Shown one piece after another: positions 9,501 through 16,986 of a DNA stretch of 64,000 nucleotides. The notes below the pieces were generated by a model. It ran no database searches. It was not told where the DNA came from and saw only the letters and a program-made list of their open reading frames with translations. Position 1 is the stretch's first letter. Every line of letters starts with the position of its first letter. The position numbers were made by a program, and so were the translations under genes. Location of the stretch: NCBI GenBank assembly GCA_040220135.1, contig JAVJTT010000025.1:106146-170145 (forward strand), in the 5' to 3' direction. This DNA is from Vicingaceae bacterium. GTDB lineage: Bacteria > Bacteroidota > Bacteroidia > Flavobacteriales_E > Vicingaceae.

Positions 9501-10914
9501 GGATTTCGGCAATGGAAAAACTTCTGTTTTTGAAGACCCGGGAACGAGTTACCTAAGCAATGGTAATTACCAAGTCAGTCTGGCGGTTCAGATGAACCAA
9601 CCTTACGGTTGTGCCGATACTACTACAGAAACGGTTCGTATTCAAAGTCCTCAAGGCGATTTCCTGACCGATTTACACGGAGATACCATCTGCCGCTTAG
9701 AGTCAGTCTTTTTTACTCTAAAAGACACGGTAGATTTAGAGTATTTTAAATGGGAGTTTGGAGATGGTGATACCTTGGCCAATCAAGATTCCGTATCTCA
9801 TCAATACACCTTTGTTCCCCCTTCAGGGCAAACCATTGCTAAATTGGTCATGTCGAATGCCGATGGTTCTTGTCCACAAACGGTAGATACCATCATCAAC
9901 ATTCACGAAGTAACGGCTGACTTTAGAAGAAACAACGGCATAGATACTGCCTATTGTTTTGCTCCGGTTCAATTAACAAACTTGTCTAACAGGGCTACTT
10001 CTTGGACTTGGAATTTTGGTGATGGAAATACCCAAGATCAAGGCAATCAACTCAGCTATGAATATGACTCAGCAGGAACCTACGACATTACGCTCGCAGC
10101 CCGAAATGACAATTTAAATTGCAACGACAGCATAACCAAAAGAGTCATCCTTTTTCCCAATCCTGATTTCTTTATTGTGGGCGATACATTGTGTGAAGGA
10201 GAGACGGCAAGCGTTAACAGCTCGGTTTCTGAGCCATCTTGGACCTACAATTGGTCGGCTGATCCTACTTCAAATTTTCAAGGAAATGGCACAGCAAGTA
10301 TTTCCACCATTCCTTTGCTTACTACCGAGTATACCTTGAATGTAATTGACACTAATGGTTGTATCGGAGAAGATGTTGATACTGTATTTGTTATTCCCAA
10401 CTTAAACTTAACCGACTTTGACACTACCATAGTCATTGGTGATCGGATTAATCTGCCTGTTTATGCGAATGCAGGTTTGTTCAATTTTACTTGGACGCCA
10501 ACCGATGGACTAAGCTGCTTGGATTGCCTCCCTCCTAGTATACAACCGCTAGAAAAGGTAGAGTACAATTTAGTGATTGCCGATAAGCAAGGCTGCTTTG
10601 ATTATGATGTAGACTTTGTGGTGGATATCCACCCGGAAACATTCATAAAAATGCCAACCACTTTTTCTCCCAACGGAGATGGAGTGAATGATCTTATTTA
10701 TGTAGAAGGTTGGGGAATCAAAGAATTAGTGAGCTACCAAATTTTTAACCGCTGGGGCGAATTGGTGTTTGAAACCAACGACCTTGAAGAGGGTTGGGAT
10801 GGTTCTTACAAAGGCAAGATCCAAAACAATGATGTTTATGTGTTTAAAGTATTGGTAAACACTTGGCGCGACGAGGAAAAGACTTTAGAAGGCTACATTA
10901 ATTTAGTTCGCTAG
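6547..10914 (+). CDS. Giant PKD-repeat surface protein with T9SS type B (gliding-motility-associated) C-terminal domain
   Basis: ATG at 6547 gives MKHLFLTLFSCLLFSSFLSAQ. More than 12 repeats of the pattern F.D.S......W.FGDG.TS....P.H.Y...G.Y.V.L. C-terminus TFSPNGDGVNDLIYVEGWGIKE...FNRWGELVFE...GWDG.YKGK matches the type B CTD. Confidence 0.85.
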   Translation: MKHLFLTLFSCLLFSSFLSAQTADFEDGCAPLTVNFTPPPGLSSYFWDFKDGTTSILQFPSNTFINPGSYDVELKQSAGGPTVGTITIDVFTKPSIQISADFQKGCRPLNVNLSDVTNLSPSVSVNAYNWVFGDGSTAQGEIINKTFNQSGDFDVTLELKTNLPSCDITKQFDDYINVSNRPNVSYITNPSNASACSAPLTVSFTNNSSSTHPLSYQWSMGNGSSFNTTNPPDQTYSTEGDFPVKLIAIDTNNCADSNIRIVSIGSPKINLDVPDTFCLNAPDTIFNRSSSGSVFWDFGADHTVEGYHNFRNPIIKYSTPGTKTITFNVAVGACVADTTFTVFVADASADFASSPTFACSLPYTVSFTPSASNGTFNWIFGDSSMSSQQNPSVTYPIIDESPYVIHKTEEFETTLIYTATNGCQDTIRKKDTLYRPTALMMPDRVKGCVPLTVTFSDSSFYYPTDTLEQWEWIFGDGNSTVKMDSTDVTHTYSMTGKYWAYLVVTNETGCVDTSYRTQIRVGDVMSPDFTVDLSNVCVGDSVQFNDITPAPLGDSIDTWNFNTESNRMFSCFQSSSPKWAYDRESGGQDVTMTVGFNGCYSSVNKSNLVNVSGPVAFINFKTFCDDPLSVQFYDSSLNATSVLWDFGDGTTSTATDPFHTYASTGDYTVSLQAENPGSNCPVNIQTTEINIRDIKADFSVIPEACYGVEHQFDASASVDVYENCYRGYNWTFEDSTMRPITTSSPIIRPRFFNNGFQEITLVTTDINGCLDTASKVIEVFQPLADFSIDDNTVCAPTTVNFSDLSTADTTIVGWEYRINDNDTLFTQNPSYLFDSFQPINEVMFIVKDSLGCQDTAFKNVDMYEPITNYTVNDRTVCLGDQTDFTATDFTTQGSNLNFRWVFGNGDTSFLQNPSLVYGTSGNYTVELLIEEVATACTNLYQETIDVVEYPVADFTIPNYTSKYLCQGTVQFNNTSTSVQPLQYSWDFGNGKTSVFEDPGTSYLSNGNYQVSLAVQMNQPYGCADTTTETVRIQSPQGDFLTDLHGDTICRLESVFFTLKDTVDLEYFKWEFGDGDTLANQDSVSHQYTFVPPSGQTIAKLVMSNADGSCPQTVDTIINIHEVTADFRRNNGIDTAYCFAPVQLTNLSNRATSWTWNFGDGNTQDQGNQLSYEYDSAGTYDITLAARNDNLNCNDSITKRVILFPNPDFFIVGDTLCEGETASVNSSVSEPSWTYNWSADPTSNFQGNGTASISTIPLLTTEYTLNVIDTNGCIGEDVDTVFVIPNLNLTDFDTTIVIGDRINLPVYANAGLFNFTWTPTDGLSCLDCLPPSIQPLEKVEYNLVIADKQGCFDYDVDFVVDIHPETFIKMPTTFSPNGDGVNDLIYVEGWGIKELVSYQIFNRWGELVFETNDLEEGWDGSYKGKIQNNDVYVFKVLVNTWRDEEKTLEGYINLVR

Positions 10915-11720
10915 AAATCAATACGAACCGCTTCACCGGTCAACAAGCCGGGTTTGAAGTTTGGGATTTCTCTGCCGTTAATGGCAATACTGACCGTATT
11001 AGGACCTGATGTTCCTTCGTTTAAGGCAAAAACCACAAGGTCATTAGCACCTCTATTGAGCGAATCCGTGGAAAAGGTGAAGTTCGTTCCGGCTTTTAAC
11101 AAGCTGTGGTTTTCAATAATCCACTGTCCATTTAAATAAACTGAAACAATGTCCCCATCCTCAGCAGCATTATCCCACAAGCGAATAGTAAAGAAGTTTT
11201 GCGAAGGCGGAATACTAACTGAACTGTCATTCACTTCATAAGAAGAAAGGTCTACGGTAGAACAGGAAGTATTAATTCGAATTTGTAAGGTATTACTTTT
11301 TACCCCTAGCTCATTCTCAGTGTTAAAATCTAAAACTAAATGATTTAGCTCTTGGGCTGTGGCAGCATCTACAAAAGTGGCTTCAAAACGATAAGTGACT
11401 ATGTCATCTCCAATGTTTAAATCATTTCTAGCTACTGTGGCAGAAAAGCTCTCGGCTAGTAGTTCTGAATTGTTGCGTCGGTAAAAAACCGGACGGTTAT
11501 TCACCTGATGTAAGCAGTCCGCTGACCGATTATACTGAAAGCTAACTTCAGCTACTATTTTCAAAGCACCTTGACAGGGATCTTCGATACGTTGATAGCC
11601 CGGAGAAGAAATTTTAAATCGCTTACACGCTTCCTGTTCTATCTCTAAATCCACAGATTTGTCGGTGCAGGCCGTAAAAAAAAGCAGCAAAGTAACAGTA
11701 TATGACAGCAGCCCTCTCAT
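10911..11720 (-). CDS. Hypothetical lipoprotein with a C-terminal module shared with the next gene
   Basis: ORF 10911..11813. Likely start is the ATG at 11720 (MRGLLSYTVTLLLFFTACTDK lipobox), 1 nt after the upstream stop at 11722. C-terminal WDNAAEDGDIVSVYLNGQWIIEN...ALNEGTSGPNT. Confidence 0.6.
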   Translation of the reverse strand: MRGLLSYTVTLLLFFTACTDKSVDLEIEQEACKRFKISSPGYQRIEDPCQGALKIVAEVSFQYNRSADCLHQVNNRPVFYRRNNSELLAESFSATVARNDLNIGDDIVTYRFEATFVDAATAQELNHLVLDFNTENELGVKSNTLQIRINTSCSTVDLSSYEVNDSSVSIPPSQNFFTIRLWDNAAEDGDIVSVYLNGQWIIENHSLLKAGTNFTFSTDSLNRGANDLVVFALNEGTSGPNTVSIAINGREIPNFKPGLLTGEAVRIDF

Positions 11721-11721
11721 C

Positions 11722-12882
11722 TTAGCGCTTTTTGTATTTGATTTGCAAAGTGCCACTTTCCTTAAAGTTGGATTGCAAGGTAATGCGGTGTTTCTTTTCT
11801 CCATCATCCACAATTAAAGCAGCGGTGTTGGGTTTTATCTCACCCAGGTTTAAGGCATGCAAAACAAAAGTGTTCATGCCTTCTCTCAAACTTACCTCCA
11901 TCTCGTATTTCTCCTTTTTTAGGCTATAGTTCTCTAAGATCCAATCCCCATTTAAGTTCACGGAAACTCGGTCTCCATCAACCGTTTGATGGTCCCAAAT
12001 AATGATCTTTACTTTTTCAGAACGCACCTTGATCTTATCTCTCACCGCTAGTTCTCGGTTTGAAATCGAGGTGGGTGTAGTGGTATCTTCCACCACTGAA
12101 TCTTTTTGGGAAACATCGACTGCAATCTCATCCAAGTCTAGTTTTTTCACTTTTTCTTGTTTGTCGAAATGACGAATTCGAAAATCAAAACGCAAGTTTA
12201 AAGCAATGGCATTTCCCTTAGAGCTTAAATCGTCTTTTGTAATCTCTTGGGTCACATTATCTGTGACTACATAATTGCTCTCATAGGCTTTTGATTGACC
12301 CAAGTTGTAACGAAGCCCTAAACTTAAAAGATTTCCTTTATAGAACTTATGTTGCACTCCAAGTTCCGGCACCAAAGAAAGGTTTGACTCCTGATAAGTG
12401 GTGGTATATTGTAAGGTTCTATCTATGCCGAGGCTGCTAATGCCAAAGCTTTCGCTTGCTGACGAGTTCGAAGCCCCGTAAATGTTTTGGGAAATAGCAA
12501 ATTTACCATAGAGGTAAGTATCGGTTTGTTTGATCTTAAAGTAAGCAGACAAGGCCGCATAATAATTCCAATGTAAGTTGGTGTTTTTAATGCTGATGGA
12601 AAAATCCTCAGTTTCTGTTTCAAAATCATCGTCGCGCAACCTAACACGACTCCAGTGCTGACCAATACCAGCCTCTATACCAATAACATCAAACAAGCGA
12701 AAACTAGCCGAAAATTGACCACCCATGGTGGGCGAATAGTTCTTTTGCCCTAATAAATTGTCGTTTATTGCAGTGCCTCCAAGTATTCCTCCATGCAGCT
12801 CTCCACCCACATACAAATCGTGTTGCGCATAACTCAATTGCTGCCCAAGCAGAAAAGCAAGAAGATAAAGTAGCTTTTTCAA
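11722..12882 (-). CDS. Outer-membrane beta-barrel-like protein fused to the same C-terminal module
   Basis: TTG start, signal MKKLLYLLAFLLGQQLSYAQ. The N-terminal ~240 aa has alternating aromatic/Gly-rich beta-strand character. C-terminal WDHQTVDGDRVSVNLNGDWILEN...ALNLGEIKPNT. Confidence 0.6.
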   Translation of the reverse strand: MKKLLYLLAFLLGQQLSYAQHDLYVGGELHGGILGGTAINDNLLGQKNYSPTMGGQFSASFRLFDVIGIEAGIGQHWSRVRLRDDDFETETEDFSISIKNTNLHWNYYAALSAYFKIKQTDTYLYGKFAISQNIYGASNSSASESFGISSLGIDRTLQYTTTYQESNLSLVPELGVQHKFYKGNLLSLGLRYNLGQSKAYESNYVVTDNVTQEITKDDLSSKGNAIALNLRFDFRIRHFDKQEKVKKLDLDEIAVDVSQKDSVVEDTTTPTSISNRELAVRDKIKVRSEKVKIIIWDHQTVDGDRVSVNLNGDWILENYSLKKEKYEMEVSLREGMNTFVLHALNLGEIKPNTAALIVDDGEKKHRITLQSNFKESGTLQIKYKKR

Positions 12883-12925
12883 TCAGTGACTTTTGGGTAG
12901 GTAAAGATGAGTAATAAAGTAATTG

Positions 12926-12962
12926 CAAAAAAATAGCCTACTAAAGAGTAGGCTATTTTTTT
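12926..12962. terminator. Bidirectional rho-independent terminator hairpin
   Basis: Perfect 10-bp stem ATAGCCTACT (12933-12942) / AGTAGGCTAT (12947-12956) with loop AAAG, flanked by an A-run and a T-run. Lies just downstream of the minus-strand gene ending at 12984. Confidence 0.6.
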
Positions 12963-12983
12963 ATCAGTAAAGTAAATAATTGA

Positions 12984-13760
12984 TTAACCAGGTCCCATGC
13001 CAATCTCTGGATCTGCAGGTCCATTGCAAAAACCTTGTTTATACTGCACTGCAATTGAAGCATGAATAAAAAGTGATGAAAAACCAGGATTTTGAGTAGA
13101 GACTGTTATTGATATGGTATTTTGTCCACCTTGACAAAAGTTTGTGATTGGAATGGGGGGATTATTTAAATACCTACCACATGTAGGAGGTGAATAGACT
13201 ATAGGTGGCGAAGGCATATTTATTAAATTTCCATTTATTTTAATTGCTACAATTTCATCATCACCCATAATTTTTGGAATACCTATTTCTGCATAATAAA
13301 TATGATCACATGTCAAATTAAAATTTCTTTTGTAAACTGCATTTCCGCTTGGGATATTGAAAGAAATGTTATTGTTAATTGTCAAATCTGAAGTTATCCA
13401 TCTTGCTGCTATTCCACAATTCGGATGATTAAACATTGGACTTACCGCACCACCTGGTGTTTCAACATTTCCGGTACTTACTAATGCGTTTTGAAACTGA
13501 CTAGCCCCTTGACGTTTAACTTTCCATTTTACATCAGCACTGCCAGGTGCTCCATAAGAACTGAATCCGTTAAGTCCAGTTGAAATATTTATCGCTTGAG
13601 AATTCGCCTTCTCATTCGGTATTTTCTCCTTCTCTATTATTGTTTTGGAGTTATCTACTACGTTTTCCGTTTGATTCGACTTGAGACTCTCTTCTTTTTC
13701 ACAGGCCGAAAACACTGCAAGGGCAAAAATGGAAATTAATAATAATGCTTGATTTTTCAT
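12984..13760 (-). CDS. Hypothetical secreted lipoprotein
   Basis: 258-aa ORF with signal plus lipobox MKNQALLLISIFALAVFSACEKE. Contains GDDEIVAIKINGNLI, a weak echo of the DGD.VSV.LNG.WI motif in the two downstream genes. Confidence 0.6.
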   Translation of the reverse strand: MKNQALLLISIFALAVFSACEKEESLKSNQTENVVDNSKTIIEKEKIPNEKANSQAINISTGLNGFSSYGAPGSADVKWKVKRQGASQFQNALVSTGNVETPGGAVSPMFNHPNCGIAARWITSDLTINNNISFNIPSGNAVYKRNFNLTCDHIYYAEIGIPKIMGDDEIVAIKINGNLINMPSPPIVYSPPTCGRYLNNPPIPITNFCQGGQNTISITVSTQNPGFSSLFIHASIAVQYKQGFCNGPADPEIGMGPG

Positions 13761-13910
13761 AATTATATAGTTTTAGTTATATCAGTAAAAGTAAGTGCAT
13801 TAGAAGCTTATAGAAGGTTGATTTTATTATCCGGGCTTTATTTTTTACTAACTGCCAATAATGTTTTGTTAACTAGTGAAACGGATCAGGTCTCATAAAT
13901 CTTAGGCTAG

Positions 13911-14531
13911 CTAGTCTATTGCACTAAGTAAGGGTGCCGCTTTATGACAAAATATAAAATTTGACTGACTCTCAAAAAGTCCGATAACCTCCTCCCTACT
14001 TACGTTGGTTTTTGAATTAGACATCAAAGCTGAGTAAGAGGAGTACTTCCAATCTTCCATTTCATTTGTCAAACCTGCCTCAATTGGATTATAATGAATG
14101 TAATGGATTAGCTTTCTTAAGTATTTTTCATCATCAATTCGCTTTCGCTTGAATGGTTTCATAAAAAGACTTCCTTTTCGCTGATGCACTTTGTTGAATG
14201 CTTGCGTATAAGAACTAAAGAAGTTTGAAAACTATTTACTGATTGCTAAACCATAGTTGAACTCTGCCAAAGTTTGAAACTTTGGCAGAGTTTGGTCTTT
14301 TAATAACTCTGATTTTAGGTCTTTCTCCTCTTTAACCCTTACCAAAAAATGAAAATGATTTGGCATTAAACAATAGCAGAAGGTATCGACAAGTGGACTA
14401 ATGTATTCCTCATACTTTTTTAAGAAATAGCGATAGTTATCATCTGTCAAAAACAGCTTTTCATTGCCATTTGCCCGATTATAAACATGGTAAAGCCCTT
14501 CTTCCTCAAATATTGCTAGCTTATTTTTCAT
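13911..14531 (-). pseudogene. REP-associated tyrosine transposase (RAYT / IS200-like Y1 transposase) interrupted by one in-frame TAG
   Basis: Track ORFs 14232..14531 and 13911..14189 are in the same frame: (14231-14189)=42. The 14 codons between them read FSNFFSSYTQAFNK. HUH motif MPNHFHFLV and catalytic-Tyr motif YIHYNPIEAGL are present. A single TAG sits at 14232-14234. Confidence 0.75.
14261..14291. repeat. REP-like palindrome inside the RAYT coding sequence
   Basis: ACTCTGCCAAAGTTT-G-AAACTTTGGCAGAGT, with 15-nt perfect arms. Its core CTGCCARRGTTT resembles the REP arms at 14601-14633. It encodes LPKFQTLAEF, ~30 nt upstream of the premature TAG. Confidence 0.6.
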
Positions 14532-14542
14532 TTGTAGATTTC

Positions 14543-14633
14543 AGACCTTCTAGGTTTCTAAAACCTAGAAGGTCTTATCAATTCATCATCATATCATTTC
14601 AGACCTGCCAGGTTTTGGAAACCTGGCAGGTCT
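14543..14633. repeat. Tandem pair of REP-type hairpins immediately upstream of the RAYT gene
   Basis: Hairpin 1: AGACCTTCTAGGTTT (14543-14557) / AAACCTAGAAGGTCT (14561-14575). Hairpin 2: AGACCTGCCAGGTTT (14601-14615) / AAACCTGGCAGGTCT (14619-14633). Both have perfect 15-bp stems, 3-nt loops and shared AGACCT..AGGTTT ends. They may also terminate the gene ending at 14650. Confidence 0.75.
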
Positions 14634-14649
14634 AATCTTATGAAAATTA

Positions 14650-15690
14650 CTATTTTAAATAAGGAACTTGAGAAGTAGAAACATTAGGGACCTGAATAGT
14701 CCTTTCTGCTTTTTCAACCTTGTGCACAATCGCAACTACTTCTAATATAACATTAATTCCATGCATACTATCAGGATTCTTAAGACCAAGATAAAATTTA
14801 CCTCTTGCGAATTCATCTTTTAATTTTACCACCTCAGACTTTATATTCTTCCTGCCCTTTGCAGGATAACACCTCCACTCTGAATCTCTCTTTTGATAAA
14901 ATAAGCTTGCGTTTTCATAATCTGCAAATAAGTAAACATCACAATAATCATCTGCTGGTGGACGGGATATTGAAGAAATTGCAAATTCAGTAGCTCCTGT
15001 TTGATCAACTAAATTTGTAAGCTGAGACAATAGGCTCATTGATGAATTTACATTTTTAATCGCGTCTTTTTCTCTAAACGCAGCTATTTCATAATACCAT
15101 TCAACTGTACCCTTAGGTAGATCTACTTCATAAATAAGCCTTGATTTCCCGCCTTTGAAAGTAGCATTACTCCCACTATTCATATAAATTTCTGAGCTAT
15201 CTATAATTGAATATGGGACATATGCTTCTTTTACCACATACTCCTCTTTTGTGGCTGTATAAGTAGTATCATAAACTGTTTTCCAATAAACCGTAGAATT
15301 GAAACTATCATCTTCTTCCGCCGGAATACGTTCTATCTTGATCTTACCGATACGCTTGCCTAAAGCAGGGTTGTAAAAGCGAAATTGATAGATTCCGGTA
15401 CTGGGGACCGGAATTCTTTTCTGCTTGACTGTTTCTATTTCATATTCTGAAAACAAGGAACGACCGGACTGAAAATCCTTTATTTCCAATTCTTTCAATC
15501 CTTTCTTTCGCTTTTCTTCAAAAGTGAGCACTATCTCATCGCCTGCTTTGAAGCCTAAGTAAATAAACTCCTCACTTAAGGCCCCAATTTTGGTGGTTTG
15601 GTTGGTTAAAGGGATTGGGGTTTGTGCAAAAGCGACTTGAAACGTAAAACATAAACCAATAAAAAAACTGACTACTACTTTTTCCATCAT
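14650..15690 (-). CDS. Hypothetical secreted protein
   Basis: 346-aa ORF with signal peptide MMEKVVVSFFIGLCFTFQVAFAQ. Starts 14 nt after the DUF2130 gene stop. No motif recognised. Confidence 0.6.
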   Translation of the reverse strand: MMEKVVVSFFIGLCFTFQVAFAQTPIPLTNQTTKIGALSEEFIYLGFKAGDEIVLTFEEKRKKGLKELEIKDFQSGRSLFSEYEIETVKQKRIPVPSTGIYQFRFYNPALGKRIGKIKIERIPAEEDDSFNSTVYWKTVYDTTYTATKEEYVVKEAYVPYSIIDSSEIYMNSGSNATFKGGKSRLIYEVDLPKGTVEWYYEIAAFREKDAIKNVNSSMSLLSQLTNLVDQTGATEFAISSISRPPADDYCDVYLFADYENASLFYQKRDSEWRCYPAKGRKNIKSEVVKLKDEFARGKFYLGLKNPDSMHGINVILEVVAIVHKVEKAERTIQVPNVSTSQVPYLK

Positions 15691-15704
15691 AACTAATATT
15701 GGAT

Positions 15705-16976
15705 TTATTCTAATTCTTCTTGTTCTTCCTCTTCTTCTTTGCCCAATTCTAGAGCCTTAACGCTTTGCACTGCATTTCCGGCAATGCCTTTAATTGAACC
15801 ATACATATCAACGGTATTGGTAATTACTTTGTCAATCTGCTTTTCTCTCGACTTCCAAATGCGTTGCATGGAGCGCTTTTCTTTTTCGAGGTCATCTTTC
15901 ATTTGTGAGAAACCTTCCACAATAGCTTCAATTTGCATGCGGAAAGTGTTGCTGGTTAAGAAGTCGTAAAGCATGTGCATTTTGTCTCCTTTATTCTCTT
16001 GAGAAGCAACGGCTAAACTCAATTGAATCACAGATTCTCGAATCACGGTACAAAGTCCCTTAAACTCTTCAAAACTGCACACCCAAACGCCATCAATAAT
16101 CCCCAAGCGATCTAATGAGGAAGGCATAGCTTCGCTTACCAAAATTCCCACATCGGCGCCTTTGTCGCGCATATCTGCTTTAAACTTTTCGATCCAGCTT
16201 GGTTGAAAGTCTTTGGTACGTTTACTTTCGTAGTAGACTTTTCCACAATTTTGACGAGAACGGGTATTGACAATTTGAATACAATCTCCGCCTCTAGCGC
16301 CTTTTTTCACTTCTTCAATGGAGTCTAATGGAAATTGAGCGGCCAACCATTCTTCTATGGCAAGTTCCTGCACTTCCCCTTGCATTTGCATAGAGCCTTG
16401 CTCCTGCTTGCGTTTCATTTCTTCGGTCAGCTTTTTTTGGTCTTCCAATTGCTTTTGAAGTTCTCTGAACTTTAATTCGTTCTTGTCTTCTTCTGACTTT
16501 CTTATTTTATCTCTTTCAGCGAGTAATAGCTCATTTAATTTCTTTTCGGCTTCTGCCTCGGCCGCTTCTTTGAGTTCTCCTTTCTCACGCTTTAAACGTT
16601 CGATCTCAACCTTAGAGCGATTTAACTCCTTTACTTGCTCAGACTTTTCGTTGAGTTCTTTTTGTAAGGCTTCAAATTGCTCTGACTGCTCTTCAGACAA
16701 CTTTGACTTCAGCTTTTCTTCAATTTCCTTTCGATCTTCTTTTAGCTGCTTTTCAAGCCGCTCTTGAAAAAGCTCATTTTCCTTCTTTCTCTTCTGCTCA
16801 AACTCTTCTTTTGCTTTTTTTAAGCTATCGGCTTCTTGCTGATACTTTTGCTTTTCTTCGGCTAATTGAGTTTGGTATTTCTGTTTGATCTCATCTTCTA
16901 ATTGATGAGCCAAAATATCTTGCACATCTATAGACTCTCCACAATTGGGACAGTTTATTTGAGTGTTGTCTTTCAT
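15705..16976 (-). CDS. DUF2130-type protein: zinc-ribbon-like N-terminus, long K/E coiled coil, C-terminal PD-(D/E)xK-like nuclease domain
   Basis: 423 aa. N-terminus INCPNCGESIDV, then ~190 aa K/E-rich. C-terminus GEVQELAIEEWL..FPLD.I..VKKGARGGD231CIQIV...GKVYYE250SK252RTKDFQPSWIEKFK matches my memory of the DUF2130 consensus and a D...ExK nuclease motif (16221-16286). Confidence 0.7.
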   Translation of the reverse strand: MKDNTQINCPNCGESIDVQDILAHQLEDEIKQKYQTQLAEEKQKYQQEADSLKKAKEEFEQKRKKENELFQERLEKQLKEDRKEIEEKLKSKLSEEQSEQFEALQKELNEKSEQVKELNRSKVEIERLKREKGELKEAAEAEAEKKLNELLLAERDKIRKSEEDKNELKFRELQKQLEDQKKLTEEMKRKQEQGSMQMQGEVQELAIEEWLAAQFPLDSIEEVKKGARGGDCIQIVNTRSRQNCGKVYYESKRTKDFQPSWIEKFKADMRDKGADVGILVSEAMPSSLDRLGIIDGVWVCSFEEFKGLCTVIRESVIQLSLAVASQENKGDKMHMLYDFLTSNTFRMQIEAIVEGFSQMKDDLEKEKRSMQRIWKSREKQIDKVITNTVDMYGSIKGIAGNAVQSVKALELGKEEEEEQEELE

Positions 16977-16986
16977 GTTTTCAATT

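Noticed and set aside
12423-12928. ORFs 12423..12665 (-) and 12704..12928 (-).
   Set aside because: They are out-of-frame overlaps with the 11722..12882 gene. The second would run through the terminator hairpin. No motifs are present.
14232-14234. Programmed recoding (pyrrolysine or suppressed amber) at the in-frame TAG of the RAYT.
   Set aside because: There are no pyl genes or other evidence. A simple nonsense mutation or sequencing error is more parsimonious. It is kept only as a minor alternative in the finding.
13911-14633. Complete IS200/IS605 insertion sequence.
   Set aside because: There is no tnpB/iscB partner. The flanking hairpins are REP-type doublets on one side only rather than IS200 LE/RE structures. 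The transposase carries a premature stop. It is better described as a decaying RAYT/REP locus.
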